From an uncultured Gammaproteobacteria bacterium (GTDB lineage Bacteria > Pseudomonadota > Gammaproteobacteria > UBA9214), in NCBI GenBank assembly GCA_963773065.1, contig CAVYZN010000017.1, positions 1-64,000 of the forward strand: a stretch of DNA of 64,000 nucleotides, in the 5' to 3' direction. The position numbers were made by a program, and so were the translations under genes. The number at the start of each line of letters is the position of its first letter. The first letter of the stretch is position 1. The notes beneath the pieces are model-generated. The model searched no databases, was not told where the DNA came from, and worked only from the letters and a program-made list of their open reading frames with translations. Positions 54,151 through 64,000 of the stretch are shown piece by piece.

Positions 54151-54357
54151 ATGGAATATCGTATCGACGCGGAAAACATCAAGTGCGGGGGCTGCGCCAG
54201 CACCATCAAAGACGCCCTCGGCCGGATCGGCGGCGTGCAGGAGGTGGCGGTTGATATCGCCACGGGCCGCGTGACCGTGCAGGCCGATGCGGGTCTGCGC
54301 GAGGCGATCACGACCGCCCTGCAGGCCAGCGGCTATCCGGAACGCCAGCCGGCGTGA
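54151..54357 (+). CDS. HMA-domain metallochaperone (CopZ-like)
   Basis: NIKCGGC, GYP. Confidence 0.85.
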   Translation: MEYRIDAENIKCGGCASTIKDALGRIGGVQEVAVDIATGRVTVQADAGLREAITTALQASGYPERQPA

Positions 54358-55379
54358 ACGCCGGGCGCGGAGCCCTCATGCAGGATACCCACATCTCACT
54401 GGCGCACGGCAACGGCGGGCGCTTCATGCGCGAATTGATCGAGGAGGTCTTCGCCCCCCACCTGTCCAACCCGAGCCTCGATGTGCACGCCGATGCGGTG
54501 GCGCTGGCGCTGGATGCCGGCGAGATCCTGTTCACCACCGACGGCTTCACCGTCCAGCCATTGGAGTTCCCGGGCGGCGATATCGGTTCCCTGGCCGTGC
54601 ACGGCACCACCAATGACCTCGCCGTCGCCGGCGCCATACCGCGCTACCTGAGTCTGAACGCCTTCATCGAGGAAGGCATGGAGATCGCCCAACTGGAACG
54701 CATCGTGGCCAGTCTGGCGTCCGCGGCGCGGCAAATCGGCGTCGCGGTCGCGGCCGGCGATACCAAGGTGCTGCGCCGCGGCGAGGGCGGCGGCCTGTAC
54801 CTGGCGACCACCGGGATCGGGGTGCGTACCGGCCACCGGCTCGGTCTGGACCTGATCCGTGACGGCGATGTCATCCTGGTCAGCGGACCGGTCGGCGACC
54901 ATGGCATCGCCGTCCTGCTGGCGCGTGAAGCGTTCGGCCTGCAGGGCGAGGTGCTATCCGATGCCGCCAGCGTACTGCCGCTCACGCTGGCGGCGCTGGA
55001 ACACCCGGGCTTGCGTTTCATGCGCGACCCGACCCGCGGCGGACTCGCGACCGTCTGCCACGAACTGCGCCACGTCACCGGTCTGGGCGTGCGGCTGCGC
55101 CAACCCGACATTCCGGTGCGCGACCCGGTGCAGTCGGTGTGCGACATGCTCGGCTACGATCCCCTGTTCCTCGCCTGCGAGGGCCGCGTGGTCGCCGTGG
55201 TCGATCCGGCGCAGGCCGCGGCGCTGCTGCAACGCTGGCGGGAGCTGCCGCAGGGACGGGCGGCGGCGATTATCGGGCACCTGGATGCGCGTGCCCGGCA
55301 TGTGACGTTGCTGACCGAACTGGGCGGAGAACGTCTGCTGGAGGAACTCGAGGATGATCCCCTGCCGAGGATTTGCTGA
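54354..55379 (+). CDS. hypE: HypE
   Basis: LAHGNGG, GDTKV, RDPTRGG, C-terminal PRIC. Confidence 0.96.
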   Translation: MNAGRGALMQDTHISLAHGNGGRFMRELIEEVFAPHLSNPSLDVHADAVALALDAGEILFTTDGFTVQPLEFPGGDIGSLAVHGTTNDLAVAGAIPRYLSLNAFIEEGMEIAQLERIVASLASAARQIGVAVAAGDTKVLRRGEGGGLYLATTGIGVRTGHRLGLDLIRDGDVILVSGPVGDHGIAVLLAREAFGLQGEVLSDAASVLPLTLAALEHPGLRFMRDPTRGGLATVCHELRHVTGLGVRLRQPDIPVRDPVQSVCDMLGYDPLFLACEGRVVAVVDPAQAAALLQRWRELPQGRAAAIIGHLDARARHVTLLTELGGERLLEELEDDPLPRIC

Positions 55380-55527
55380 AGGCAAGCAGCAGCGGTAACC
55401 GGGCGGGAGCGGAACACGGCATGACACAGACCCGCCCGCGGCGTAGCACGCGGCACTCAATACCCACGGCTATCGGGGTATTCGGCACGCCGTGGTGCCG
55501 CATTCCGGATGGAAAAAAGCGCCTGCG

Positions 55528-55541
55528 TTGATCCATATCAA
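55528..55541. promoter_or_regulatory. Consensus FNR box upstream of hemN
   Basis: TTGAT-CCAT-ATCAA. Confidence 0.8.
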
Positions 55542-55706
55542 TTCCGAATAAGCAAAATCGGTATACATATACACAGAACTACCGGGTGGCACTAGCTGTC
55601 GCAGTTCTCCAGAAGAATATCAGCACACAACCCAAGGTTTGCACAGGCTAGCCGCCGCCTTCCGCTCACGCGTTGCCCGACGGGCGACAGGGTTTCACGG
55701 GGATAC

Positions 55707-57098
55707 ATGAAACAGCGTATTGTTTTCGATGCCGGGTTGATCCGTCGCTATGACCAGTCGGGTCCGCGCTACACTTCCTATCCGACCGCGGCCCAGTTCC
55801 ATGGCGGTATTACCGAAAAAAATTATCTGATCTGGGCCCGCCACAGCAACGAGGATCCGATACCGCGCCCGCTGTCGATCTACATCCATATACCCTTTTG
55901 CGATACGGTCTGTTTTTACTGCGCCTGCAACAAGGTGGTCACCAAGAACCATGCCCGCGCCACGGACTATCTCGATCACCTGTACAAGGAAATCGCCGTA
56001 CAGGGCAAGCTGTTTGACCGCGACCGCGTGGTTGAACAACTGCACTGGGGCGGCGGCACGCCGACGTTCCTTGCAACCGACCAGATACGCGCCCTGATGG
56101 AAATGATCGGCCGGCATTTCACGCTGGCCGCCCATGACCGCGGCGAATTTTCCATCGAGATCGATCCACGTTCCGCCGACTACGCCAAGCTGGAAGCGCT
56201 GCGCCAGGCAGGATTCAACCGCGTCAGTTTCGGCGTGCAGGATCTCGACCCGCAGGTCCAGAAGGCCGTCAACCGTATCCAGAGTGAGGAGAAGACCCGC
56301 GAGGTCGCCACGGCGGCGCGGGAACTCGGCTACACGTCGCTCAATGTTGACCTGATGTACGGCCTGCCCTTCCAGAGCGTGGAGAGTTTCGAGGAAACCC
56401 TGCGGCACGTGGTGAAGATCAACCCGGACCGGCTGGCGGTCTACAACTACGCGCACCTGCCGCAACGCTTCAAACCGCAGCGCCGGATCAACGAAGCCGA
56501 CCTGCCGTCGGCGGATGAGAAACTCAATATCCTGCAGCGCACCATCGAGTACCTGTCCGAGGCCGGCTACGTTTACATCGGCATGGACCATTTCGCCAGG
56601 CCGGAGGATGAACTGGCCACGGCGCAGCGCAACGGCACGCTGCAACGCAATTTCCAGGGCTATTCCACCCACGCGGACTGCGACCTGGTCAGCATGGGCG
56701 TTTCGGCCATCAGCAAGGTGTGCGACAACTTCAGCCAGAACGTGCGGGATCTGGAGGAATATTACCGCTTGATCGATGCCGGGAAGCTGCCGATAGACCG
56801 CGGTTTCGAGGTGGAGCCGGACGACTTGCTGCGGCGCGACGTCATCACCCAGATCATGTGCAACTTCATCCTCGACATCCGGGCGATGGAGAAGAAATGG
56901 CGTTTCAGTTTCGCCGAAAAATTCAAACCGGAAATCCCTGCCCTGCAGCAGATGCAGGCCGATGGCTTGCTAAAGCTGGATGCCGATGCGCTGGAAGTCC
57001 TGCCGGCCGGGCGGCTGCTGGTACGCAACATCTGCATGGTCTTCGACCGCTACCTCAAGGGCGAGGGTCAGAGCAGCCGGTTTTCAAAGGTCATCTAG
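55707..57098 (+). CDS. hemN: Oxygen-independent coproporphyrinogen III oxidase
   Basis: GPRYTSYP, HIPFCDTVCFYCAC, GGGTP, RNFQGY. Confidence 0.97.
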   Translation: MKQRIVFDAGLIRRYDQSGPRYTSYPTAAQFHGGITEKNYLIWARHSNEDPIPRPLSIYIHIPFCDTVCFYCACNKVVTKNHARATDYLDHLYKEIAVQGKLFDRDRVVEQLHWGGGTPTFLATDQIRALMEMIGRHFTLAAHDRGEFSIEIDPRSADYAKLEALRQAGFNRVSFGVQDLDPQVQKAVNRIQSEEKTREVATAARELGYTSLNVDLMYGLPFQSVESFEETLRHVVKINPDRLAVYNYAHLPQRFKPQRRINEADLPSADEKLNILQRTIEYLSEAGYVYIGMDHFARPEDELATAQRNGTLQRNFQGYSTHADCDLVSMGVSAISKVCDNFSQNVRDLEEYYRLIDAGKLPIDRGFEVEPDDLLRRDVITQIMCNFILDIRAMEKKWRFSFAEKFKPEIPALQQMQADGLLKLDADALEVLPAGRLLVRNICMVFDRYLKGEGQSSRFSKVI

Positions 57099-57201
57099 CC
57101 GTCTCTCGGACTCAAGCCCCACATGGCATCTGGCCGGCGGTGCTGACGCAAAGTTGTGCAATAGTTGAACGGCACTTACTTAAGCGGTTCCACAATCGAG
57201 G

Positions 57202-57257
57202 TAGCCTGGGTTGAACGCCGTGAAACCCGGGTTTCGCTGTCGCTCAAGCCAGGCTAC
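57202..57257. repeat. GTAG-type REP doublet
   Basis: GTAGCCTGGGTTGA...TCAAGCCAGGCTAC. Confidence 0.7.
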
Positions 57258-57331
57258 CTCCTGCGCCCTTCACATCTGGATTGACTCGCAAATGTTTCTC
57301 AATGTAGTCGTCTAGTGCAATAGAGGTAAAT

Positions 57332-58315
57332 CTACTTTTCATCAACTGGCTCTAGATCAGGCAACTGCTCTCTTGGCACATTCAGGGTTATGGATCTACC
57401 TTGGCCGGGAATTCGAGAGATAAGGCCTCCACGCTCTAACGTCAAGATCATCTGATGCACGGACGGAGCCGACACACGGAAGTACTTCTGAAGGTCTGAC
57501 TCAGCCGGGGCACAGCGGTTGATCATCGTGTAGTAGTAAATAAACGAAAGATATTGTCCCTGCTTTGGCGTGTAGCGCAATGGCACGGTGAGTTCGGAGC
57601 CGCCTAACGTGTTGTTGTGCCGCGACGCCACTGCAACATCTGGAAACGGTGCGCTGTCCCCGTCGTCGGCGCGAACGACTGGTTTTGTGTAGACATGTTC
57701 TCTGATGTTCTGCGCAAATATGGGAAGTTCTGTATCTGGTGTGAATTTCGCTCCCGGCCTTAACCCTCGCCCAGTGAAATGATGGAAAGCTAGCACAAGC
57801 ATCCCATTCATTTTGGTGGTTTGTTCTCTTGCTGGAATATAGCGATCAACTGGTGCGTCTAGCCATTCATTAACGAACTCTTGGGCCTTGGCGCCGTGAC
57901 AAAACAGGGCAGCCGGTTGACAGAAATCAATTAGTTCTTTGAGGAGTTCCCAGTTTAGTTTCCGTTCCTCGTTTGAAATATTCGGTGGGTTTGGTGATGG
58001 ATCCCAGGACACATTTGTTACTAAGCAATTTATTGGTCTTAATAGATCGACTAGTGTTTTCACTTGGTCGGTTGTTTTGGTGTTGTCTCCTCCATGACTT
58101 TCCCGATATATACGATTGAAGACTTCGGGCTTCGCAGTGAGGCTTTCCCAATAGTCTTCGTAAGAGGGGAATTCATCATGAAGCGGGGTGGCGGGGTTTT
58201 CCCCAATAATAAATACCTGTGCAGTATCCCATTTGGAGTTGGGGGAAAATGGTCGCCTGTAAGGACCATCTTGCGTCCGACAATAAAGCTTGAGGCAATC
58301 CTGATATTTCATCAT
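57332..58315 (-). CDS. UDG-like domain fused through an attC to a LexA/MarR-type wHTH (two cassette ORFs)
   Basis: VFIIGENPA/VTNV/FCHGAKA/FHHF, then TPKQGQYLSFIYYY...APSVHQMILTLER from 57586. Confidence 0.7.
   Translation of the reverse strand: MMKYQDCLKLYCRTQDGPYRRPFSPNSKWDTAQVFIIGENPATPLHDEFPSYEDYWESLTAKPEVFNRIYRESHGGDNTKTTDQVKTLVDLLRPINCLVTNVSWDPSPNPPNISNEERKLNWELLKELIDFCQPAALFCHGAKAQEFVNEWLDAPVDRYIPAREQTTKMNGMLVLAFHHFTGRGLRPGAKFTPDTELPIFAQNIREHVYTKPVVRADDGDSAPFPDVAVASRHNNTLGGSELTVPLRYTPKQGQYLSFIYYYTMINRCAPAESDLQKYFRVSAPSVHQMILTLERGGLISRIPGQGRSITLNVPREQLPDLEPVDEK
57602..57688 (-). mobile_element. attC-like site inside the fused ORF
   Basis: Minus strand ACAAAAC-CAGTCGTTCGCGCCGACG...CGTCGCGGCACAACAACAC-GTTAGGC. 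Confidence 0.7.
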
Positions 58316-58329
58316 TTAACTGTGTAGCC

Positions 58330-58393
58330 ACATAACAGATAAGCATTTATCCGTCGTGCGCAGTCCAGCATGACGGATAAATGTCTGTTGGAC
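58330..58393 (-). mobile_element. attC-like site upstream of the UDG-like cassette
   Basis: Minus strand GTCCAAC-AGACATTTATCCGTCATGC...GCACGACGGATAAATGCTTATCT-GTTATGT. Confidence 0.65.
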
Positions 58394-58566
58394 CAAGCCG
58401 CTCCCACGACGGAGGTAGGGGCCAAGCGTAGCTCTCTTTAACCGCTTTAACCAGAGGGGATTGTATTCCCGCGGGGCGGGGTTGTCGAAGCCAGGGATGG
58501 GAGGCGCATGGGCGTTCTTGGCGGTGATCAATGGAAACCGGCGGGAAACCGGCCTGCCCGGTCGGC

Positions 58567-59331
58567 TCAGGGCAGCCGGGCGGAGACGGAATTCAGATAG
58601 CCATCGATCCTTCCCGTCAGCCGGTTCAGGTCATGCAGGACGATCTGCCTTCTGTTCACCGTGAGCAGTTTCTGCTCCTGAAAATGGGCAAACAGGCGGC
58701 TGACCGTTTCGATGGCAAGCCCCAGATAGTTGCCGATGTCCTGTCGGGACATGGGCAGATTGAATTCGGTGGCGGACAGGCCGCGCGCCTTAAAGCGCTT
58801 CGACAGACTGACCAGGAAGGTCGCCAGGCGTTCTTCGGCGCTGCGCTTGCCGAGCAGCAGCAGCATTTGATGATCGAGGGTAATCTCCCTGCCGACCACG
58901 CGCATGATCTGCTTATGGAGCCCCGGCGTGGTATGACACAGTTCCTCCAGCCGCTCATAGGGCAGCGCGCAGACACAGGAGGTCTCCAGCACGACGCTGT
59001 TGCTGGTATAGTGTCCATCGCTCAGGCCATCAAACCCGACCATCTCGCCCGGCAGGGTAAACCCGAGGACCTGTTCGTCGCCGTCATTGGTGGTGTTATA
59101 GGATTTCAGGGTGCCGGAACGCACCGCGTACAGGGATTGACTCGCGTCACCGGCGCGATACAGATGCTGCCCCGGCTGCAGCGGCGGCTTGCGTTTCACG
59201 ATCTTCTCAAGCTGTTCCATTTCGGAATCCGTCAAACCGTGCGGCAGACACAATTCCCCCAGGCTGCAGTTGCTGCAGGAAATCTTGATCTTCTCAGTCG
59301 TCGGCGGCCTGGTTCTGCGCGTCATCGGCAA
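58567..59331 (-). CDS. fnr: FNR/Anr transcriptional regulator
   Basis: CSNCSLGELC, SRQDIGNYLGLAIETVSR. Confidence 0.96.
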   Translation of the reverse strand: MPMTRRTRPPTTEKIKISCSNCSLGELCLPHGLTDSEMEQLEKIVKRKPPLQPGQHLYRAGDASQSLYAVRSGTLKSYNTTNDGDEQVLGFTLPGEMVGFDGLSDGHYTSNSVVLETSCVCALPYERLEELCHTTPGLHKQIMRVVGREITLDHQMLLLLGKRSAEERLATFLVSLSKRFKARGLSATEFNLPMSRQDIGNYLGLAIETVSRLFAHFQEQKLLTVNRRQIVLHDLNRLTGRIDGYLNSVSARLP

Positions 59332-59585
59332 ACTCTGCTTATAGTAATTTCTGTAACAGCTAACCAGACGTGGTCGGGATTTTGGTTAATGATTGCGTGA
59401 TCTCGTTTTCAAAACCCGGCGATCTATCAGGGGAATTATCCGAATAATATCCATCCAGGCGGGTTCATAACTATAATGTCCGCTAATCACTCGATTTTAT
59501 GGTTAAGGTAACACATCGAAGCCCGACAGCGCACGCCGCCGGCCCATTCCGCTAAAGCAACACACCATCCTGGACACCCATCCCC

Positions 59586-61163
59586 TTGTCTAAACCCATG
59601 CAACAGCGCCTATCAGCCTTCATCGACGCCGGCGGAAAAGCCACTCTCAGGAGAGGTAAAACCGGCCTGGAAAGGGAAAGTCTGCGGGTCGGGCCTGATG
59701 GCAGCATCGCGCAGACCCCGCACCCCGCGGCGCTGGGATCGGCGCTGACCCATCCGTGGATCACCACGGACTACTCCGAGGCGCTGCTGGAATTCATCAC
59801 CCCGCCGCTGCCAGGCCCCGTGGAGGTGCTGGAATTTCTGCGCGATCTGGAACAGTTCGTCTATGCAAAAATCGACGGAGAACTGCTGTGGTGTTCCAGC
59901 ATGCCCTGCGTGGTCGAGGGTGAAGAGAGCATTCCCATCGCGCAATACGGCGTATCCAATGCGGGCTTCATGAAAACGGTTTACCGGCGCGGACTGGGTC
60001 ATCGTTACGGCCGCGTCATGCAGGTTATTGCCGGCGCGCACTACAACTATTCCTTTGCGAATGAACTCTGGACGGTATACCAGGAGGTAATGAAAGACGC
60101 CCGCCCGGCCAGGGATTTCATTTCCGACAGCTACTTCGGCGTCATCCGCAACCTGCAGCGCATCGGCTGGCTGATCCCCTATCTGTTCGGCAGCTCACCC
60201 GCCATCTGCAAATCCTTCCTGTGCGGCAGGCCGACCGTTCTCCAGTCCTTCAACGAAGGCACCTACTACGGGCCCCATGCCACGTCCCTGCGCATGTGTG
60301 ATATCGGCTACCAGAACAAACACGAGTACAACGACGGCTTCAAGGCGAGCTATGACAACCTCGATGTCTATGTCGAGACCCTGACGCGCGCCATCGAGAC
60401 CCCCTGCGCCAGCCATGAAAAAATCGGAGTAAAGGTCAACGGCGAATACCGGCAGCTCAATCCCAATATCCTGCAGATCGAGAACGAGTACTACAGTTCG
60501 GTGCGGCCAAAGCAGGTCCCCGAATTCCTGGAAAAACCGACGCTGGCGCTGAAGCGGCGCGGCGTGCGCTATATCGAGCTGCGTTCCATGGACATCAATG
60601 TCTACAACCCGCTCGGAATCAGCGCGGAACAATGCCGGTTCGCGGAAAGCCTGATGGCCCTGTGCCTGTTCCGGAACAGCCCGGTGATCGGCGACAAGGA
60701 GAGCAGCGAGATCGATCACAACCTGGATGCGGTCTGCTACCGGGGACGGGAGCCGGGGCTGAAACTGCTGCGCGACGGCAGCCCGATTGCACTGAAACAG
60801 TGGGCGGGCGAGATCTGCGAGGCCATGACGGAAATCGCCGCGCTGCTCGACGCGGAGGAATCCGCCACCCCCTACCAGGATGCGGTGCGCGCGCAGATGG
60901 ATGCGATCCGGGATCCGCAACTGACGCCTTCGGCGCGCATCCTGGCGGATATGCGTGAACACGATGAAGGCTATTTCGACTTCGCCAATCGTCTGTCACA
61001 TCAGCACCAGGAGTACTTCAAGGCGCTGCCGCGCGACCCGGAACGCTTCGCGGCGATCGAGGCGGCCGTGGTCAAATCCGTGCGTGACCAGGAAGCAATC
61101 GAGGCGGCGGACACGCAGTCATTCGATGAGTTCCTGCGGGATTATTTTGCGCAGACCCCTTGA
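59586..61163 (+). CDS. gshA: Glutamate-cysteine ligase
   Basis: GLERESLR, ITTDYSEALLEFIT, LQIENEYYS. Confidence 0.96.
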   Translation: MSKPMQQRLSAFIDAGGKATLRRGKTGLERESLRVGPDGSIAQTPHPAALGSALTHPWITTDYSEALLEFITPPLPGPVEVLEFLRDLEQFVYAKIDGELLWCSSMPCVVEGEESIPIAQYGVSNAGFMKTVYRRGLGHRYGRVMQVIAGAHYNYSFANELWTVYQEVMKDARPARDFISDSYFGVIRNLQRIGWLIPYLFGSSPAICKSFLCGRPTVLQSFNEGTYYGPHATSLRMCDIGYQNKHEYNDGFKASYDNLDVYVETLTRAIETPCASHEKIGVKVNGEYRQLNPNILQIENEYYSSVRPKQVPEFLEKPTLALKRRGVRYIELRSMDINVYNPLGISAEQCRFAESLMALCLFRNSPVIGDKESSEIDHNLDAVCYRGREPGLKLLRDGSPIALKQWAGEICEAMTEIAALLDAEESATPYQDAVRAQMDAIRDPQLTPSARILADMREHDEGYFDFANRLSHQHQEYFKALPRDPERFAAIEAAVVKSVRDQEAIEAADTQSFDEFLRDYFAQTP

Positions 61164-61207
61164 TCCGCCGGCGCGGCATGACAGCGCTTTCAGCACGGTG
61201 ACCCGCC

Positions 61208-61816
61208 TCATCCCGCCAGGACAAAACCGAGTCCCGCGAGATAGAAGACCGCCGGGTACTGCCAGCGGCGCGGCCTGTCCTTCAGAAACTCGATGACCAG
61301 GGAAAGGCAGACGCCCATCACCATGTACAGCGGAACCACCTGGATCGAGGTGAAATGCCGCAGGTCGCCCGGCAGGTAGTAAAAATAGAACGTGCCGTAA
61401 CACAGCAGGAAAAACCCGTTGGCGAGGATCTCCAGCAGCGGCCCGTCCAGGCCCGCCGCCAGACCCTTCAGCCAGGGCCGCTTGATCCGCACACGGTGCG
61501 CCTGCAGGACTCGGTGAAGGAGATACCAGTAATAGCCGTATACCGGCCAGATGATGAAATTCAGCGCCGAGGTATAGCCCGCATGTATCGGCCACACGCG
61601 GTATTGCCACAAGGGCGTGCCGACCAGCAGCCGGTAGGCATGGCCGAGCGCCACTTCGCAGACGATGGCCACCAGGAACGCAACCGCCATGCATAACAGC
61701 GACTCGTACGGATCAACGCGCAGCCATCGCCGCGTCAGCAGCGCGGCCAGCAGGTAAAACAGGCAGATGCCGACCAGCGCACCGGAGAGACCCTGCAGCA
61801 GCAGAACCCCGTTCAT
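61208..61816 (-). CDS. Hypothetical integral membrane protein
   Basis: About 6 hydrophobic segments. Confidence 0.7.
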   Translation of the reverse strand: MNGVLLLQGLSGALVGICLFYLLAALLTRRWLRVDPYESLLCMAVAFLVAIVCEVALGHAYRLLVGTPLWQYRVWPIHAGYTSALNFIIWPVYGYYWYLLHRVLQAHRVRIKRPWLKGLAAGLDGPLLEILANGFFLLCYGTFYFYYLPGDLRHFTSIQVVPLYMVMGVCLSLVIEFLKDRPRRWQYPAVFYLAGLGFVLAG

Positions 61817-61828
61817 GTCAGGATAGCA

Positions 61829-62161
61829 TCAAGGATGGGAAACGAGCTTCGCGTCCGGCACATATTCCTGGATTGCGCCCACGATCTCGAAACGGATGCG
61901 CGGTATTGGCCGGATGGTAACCCAGAGCAAGTTCAGCTTGATGTTGAACTCGGCGAACACCACGGCATGGCGGTACCGTGCCAGCGCCAGGTGCATGTCG
62001 TTGACTGCCTGCCTGATAAGGCGCTGCGGTTTGTGCTTCAGGCCCGGGACGATCACCATGAAATCGCTCAACGGTTTGCCGTCTTCGTCATGCAGCGGCG
62101 CCCGGTGCCGCAACGGTTGCGAGGCGTCATGAAACGGCAGAGCGGTTTGCGGAAGCTTCAT
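61829..62161 (-). CDS. Conserved hypothetical protein
   Basis: DEDGKPLSDFMVIVPGL, VVFAEFNIKLNLLWV. Confidence 0.7.
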   Translation of the reverse strand: MKLPQTALPFHDASQPLRHRAPLHDEDGKPLSDFMVIVPGLKHKPQRLIRQAVNDMHLALARYRHAVVFAEFNIKLNLLWVTIRPIPRIRFEIVGAIQEYVPDAKLVSHP

Positions 62162-62335
62162 TGCCGCCAAGTGTAGCGCGTGCGCGCGGGAATATCATGG
62201 CCGCCGGGGCAAGGCGGGATAAACGGCGTGCGCACACCATGAAAAAGCCTGTGATAACAAGGGGCCAACCCGCAGCAAGCGGCCGACCGTACGGGTCATA
62301 AAGAGTTATCGACGGCTTCATTAGTCGAACAGCTT

Positions 62336-62447
62336 TGCGGGTGCACGCTTCGGGATGAGCTTGCCGGAACTCGCCGTGAATACGTCCCTGTAGGCTCGCG
62401 TGCCGCCGTCCTGGCGGCACACGGTTCCGGCAAGCTCATCCCGAACC
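62336..62447 (-). repeat. ~110-bp MITE/REP-like element, copy 2
   Basis: Reverse-complement homologue of 28125-28236. Confidence 0.8.
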
Positions 62448-62475
62448 GCATGACACCCAGGTGAGGAACCTGGAA

Positions 62476-62865
62476 TCAGTAGAGCAAAGCATACCGGACA
62501 CGCTCCAGACGGCGGCGCACCTCATCGGCCAGGGTTGCGATATCATCCCGTTCGACAAGTTTCAGCACCGCCACGGGGTCCATGAAACCGACGATGATCG
62601 ACCCATCCTCTTCCTCGCGCACCACGACATTGCAGGGCAACAGCAAGCCAATATCGGGATCGACCTGGAGGGCCTGGTTCGCCAGCACCGGATTGCACGC
62701 GCCCAGGATGCGATAGGGCCTGCGTTCCACGCCGAGTTTTTTCTTCAGGGTCGCCGCCACATCGATTTCGGTCAGCACGCCGAACCCCTCCTTGAGGAGT
62801 TCCGCCCTTACCCGCTCCTCGACCTGCTGGAGCGTGCCCGCAACAGTAATATTGAATCCGTACAT
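62476..62865 (-). CDS. DUF302 protein
   Basis: GFGVLTEID, YRILGACNP, LLLPCNVVV. Confidence 0.92.
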   Translation of the reverse strand: MYGFNITVAGTLQQVEERVRAELLKEGFGVLTEIDVAATLKKKLGVERRPYRILGACNPVLANQALQVDPDIGLLLPCNVVVREEEDGSIIVGFMDPVAVLKLVERDDIATLADEVRRRLERVRYALLY

Positions 62866-62880
62866 GGTGCTTACCTCCCG

Positions 62881-63765
62881 TTAGGATGTCAGACGCCGCT
62901 GCGCTTCGCGGTATTTCTCCGCCGTCTTGGCGATGATTTCATCGGGCAGCTTCGGTCCGGGAGGGCGCTTGTCCCAGTCCAGCGTTTCCAGGTAGTCGCG
63001 CACATACTGCTTGTCGAAGCTCACCGGGCTGGTGCCGGGCGCGTAGCTGTCCGCCGGCCAGAAACGGGAGGAGTCGGGGGTCAGGACTTCATCGATCAGC
63101 ACCAACCGCCCGTCCCGGTCGGTGCCGAACTCGAACTTGGTGTCGGCGATGATGATCCCCCGCGCCAGGGCATAGGCCGCACACCGGCGATAGATCGCCA
63201 GGCTTGCCTCGCGGACCTTTTCCGCCAGTTGGGGACCCAGCAGGTTTTTCGTCTGCTCGAAATCGATATTCTCGTCATGAGCGCCGCTCGCCGCCTTAGT
63301 TGACGGCGTGAACAGGGGTTGCGGGAGACGATCGGCCAGTTGCAACCCCGGCGGCAGGGGGGTACCGCACACGCGACCGGTTTTCCGGTAATCCTTCCAG
63401 CCGGAGCCGATCAAATAACCGCGCACGATGGCCTCCACCGGCAGCGCTTCGAGTTTTTTCACCACGATGGCGCGCCCCTCGATCTCGGCGCGTTCCCCGG
63501 CATCCGGCACCGCTGCCTCGAGCGGCATCGCGGCCAGGTGGTTGGGAACCAGGTCACGGGTGCGCTCGAACCAGAAGCCGGACACCGCGGTCAGCACGGC
63601 GCCCTTGCCGGGTATGGGGTCGGGCAGCACCACATCAAAGGCCGACAGCCGATCCGTCGTGACGATCAACAGATGGTCATCGCCAACGGCATAGATATCG
63701 CGCACCTTGCCCCGATGCAACAGCGGCAGGCATTTCAGGTGGCTTTCAAACAGCGCATCCTGCAT
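62881..63765 (-). CDS. purC: SAICAR synthase
   Basis: [35 protein letters not shown]. Confidence 0.97.
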   Translation of the reverse strand: MQDALFESHLKCLPLLHRGKVRDIYAVGDDHLLIVTTDRLSAFDVVLPDPIPGKGAVLTAVSGFWFERTRDLVPNHLAAMPLEAAVPDAGERAEIEGRAIVVKKLEALPVEAIVRGYLIGSGWKDYRKTGRVCGTPLPPGLQLADRLPQPLFTPSTKAASGAHDENIDFEQTKNLLGPQLAEKVREASLAIYRRCAAYALARGIIIADTKFEFGTDRDGRLVLIDEVLTPDSSRFWPADSYAPGTSPVSFDKQYVRDYLETLDWDKRPPGPKLPDEIIAKTAEKYREAQRRLTS

Positions 63766-63960
63766 GGAGGGCCCTCCCGGGCGGTTCGGCGGAAAACGGC
63801 CATTCTACCCGCCGGCGGCGCCAATAATGAAGTCACGGCGGCGCGGCGGCACCGCCCCGGTGTTCCCGCCGGCCGGCGCCGCGGCAAGCTATTGCCAGCA
63901 AACGTACCGAGGGTGATAGAATTGCCCGTTCTTCCAACGGGATCAACACGGAATCACCGC

Positions 63961-64000
63961 ATGAGTTCACCACAGGTCGCCGTCATCATGGGCAGCAACA
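63961..64000 (+). CDS. purE: PurE N-terminus (runs off the window)
   Basis: MSSPQVAVIMGSN, divergent from purC. Confidence 0.7.
   Translation, partial: MSSPQVAVIMGSN

Overview
64-kb window from a sulfur-oxidising, CO2-fixing Gammaproteobacterium (prkB, sulfur-globule protein, Hyn/Isp group-1e-type hydrogenase with a full hyp operon, fnr/hemN, gshA, purC/purE). Many genes carry single-base indels, probably long-read errors. The first 15.7 kb is an accessory region around tRNA-Gly(CCC) and is the most unusual part. (i) A ~7-kb AT-rich island (8488-15641) is bracketed by ~250-bp INVERTED repeats. Each repeat holds the tRNA promoter plus the tRNA 5' half and ends 1 nt past the anticodon loop. 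(ii) About 13 related ~24-30-bp quasi-palindromic sites, mostly paired ~50-65 bp apart, sit at the borders of the cargo-gene modules, suggesting a non-integron gene-cassette system whose recombinase lies outside the window. The window also has two ISL3 copies with 8-bp target duplications and a shared A7 -1 frameshift, three attC-like sites without an integrase (one read through to fuse two cassette ORFs), a 16x heptamer repeat, a ~110-bp MITE-like repeat pair, REP elements and several FNR boxes. All alignments and counts were done by eye.
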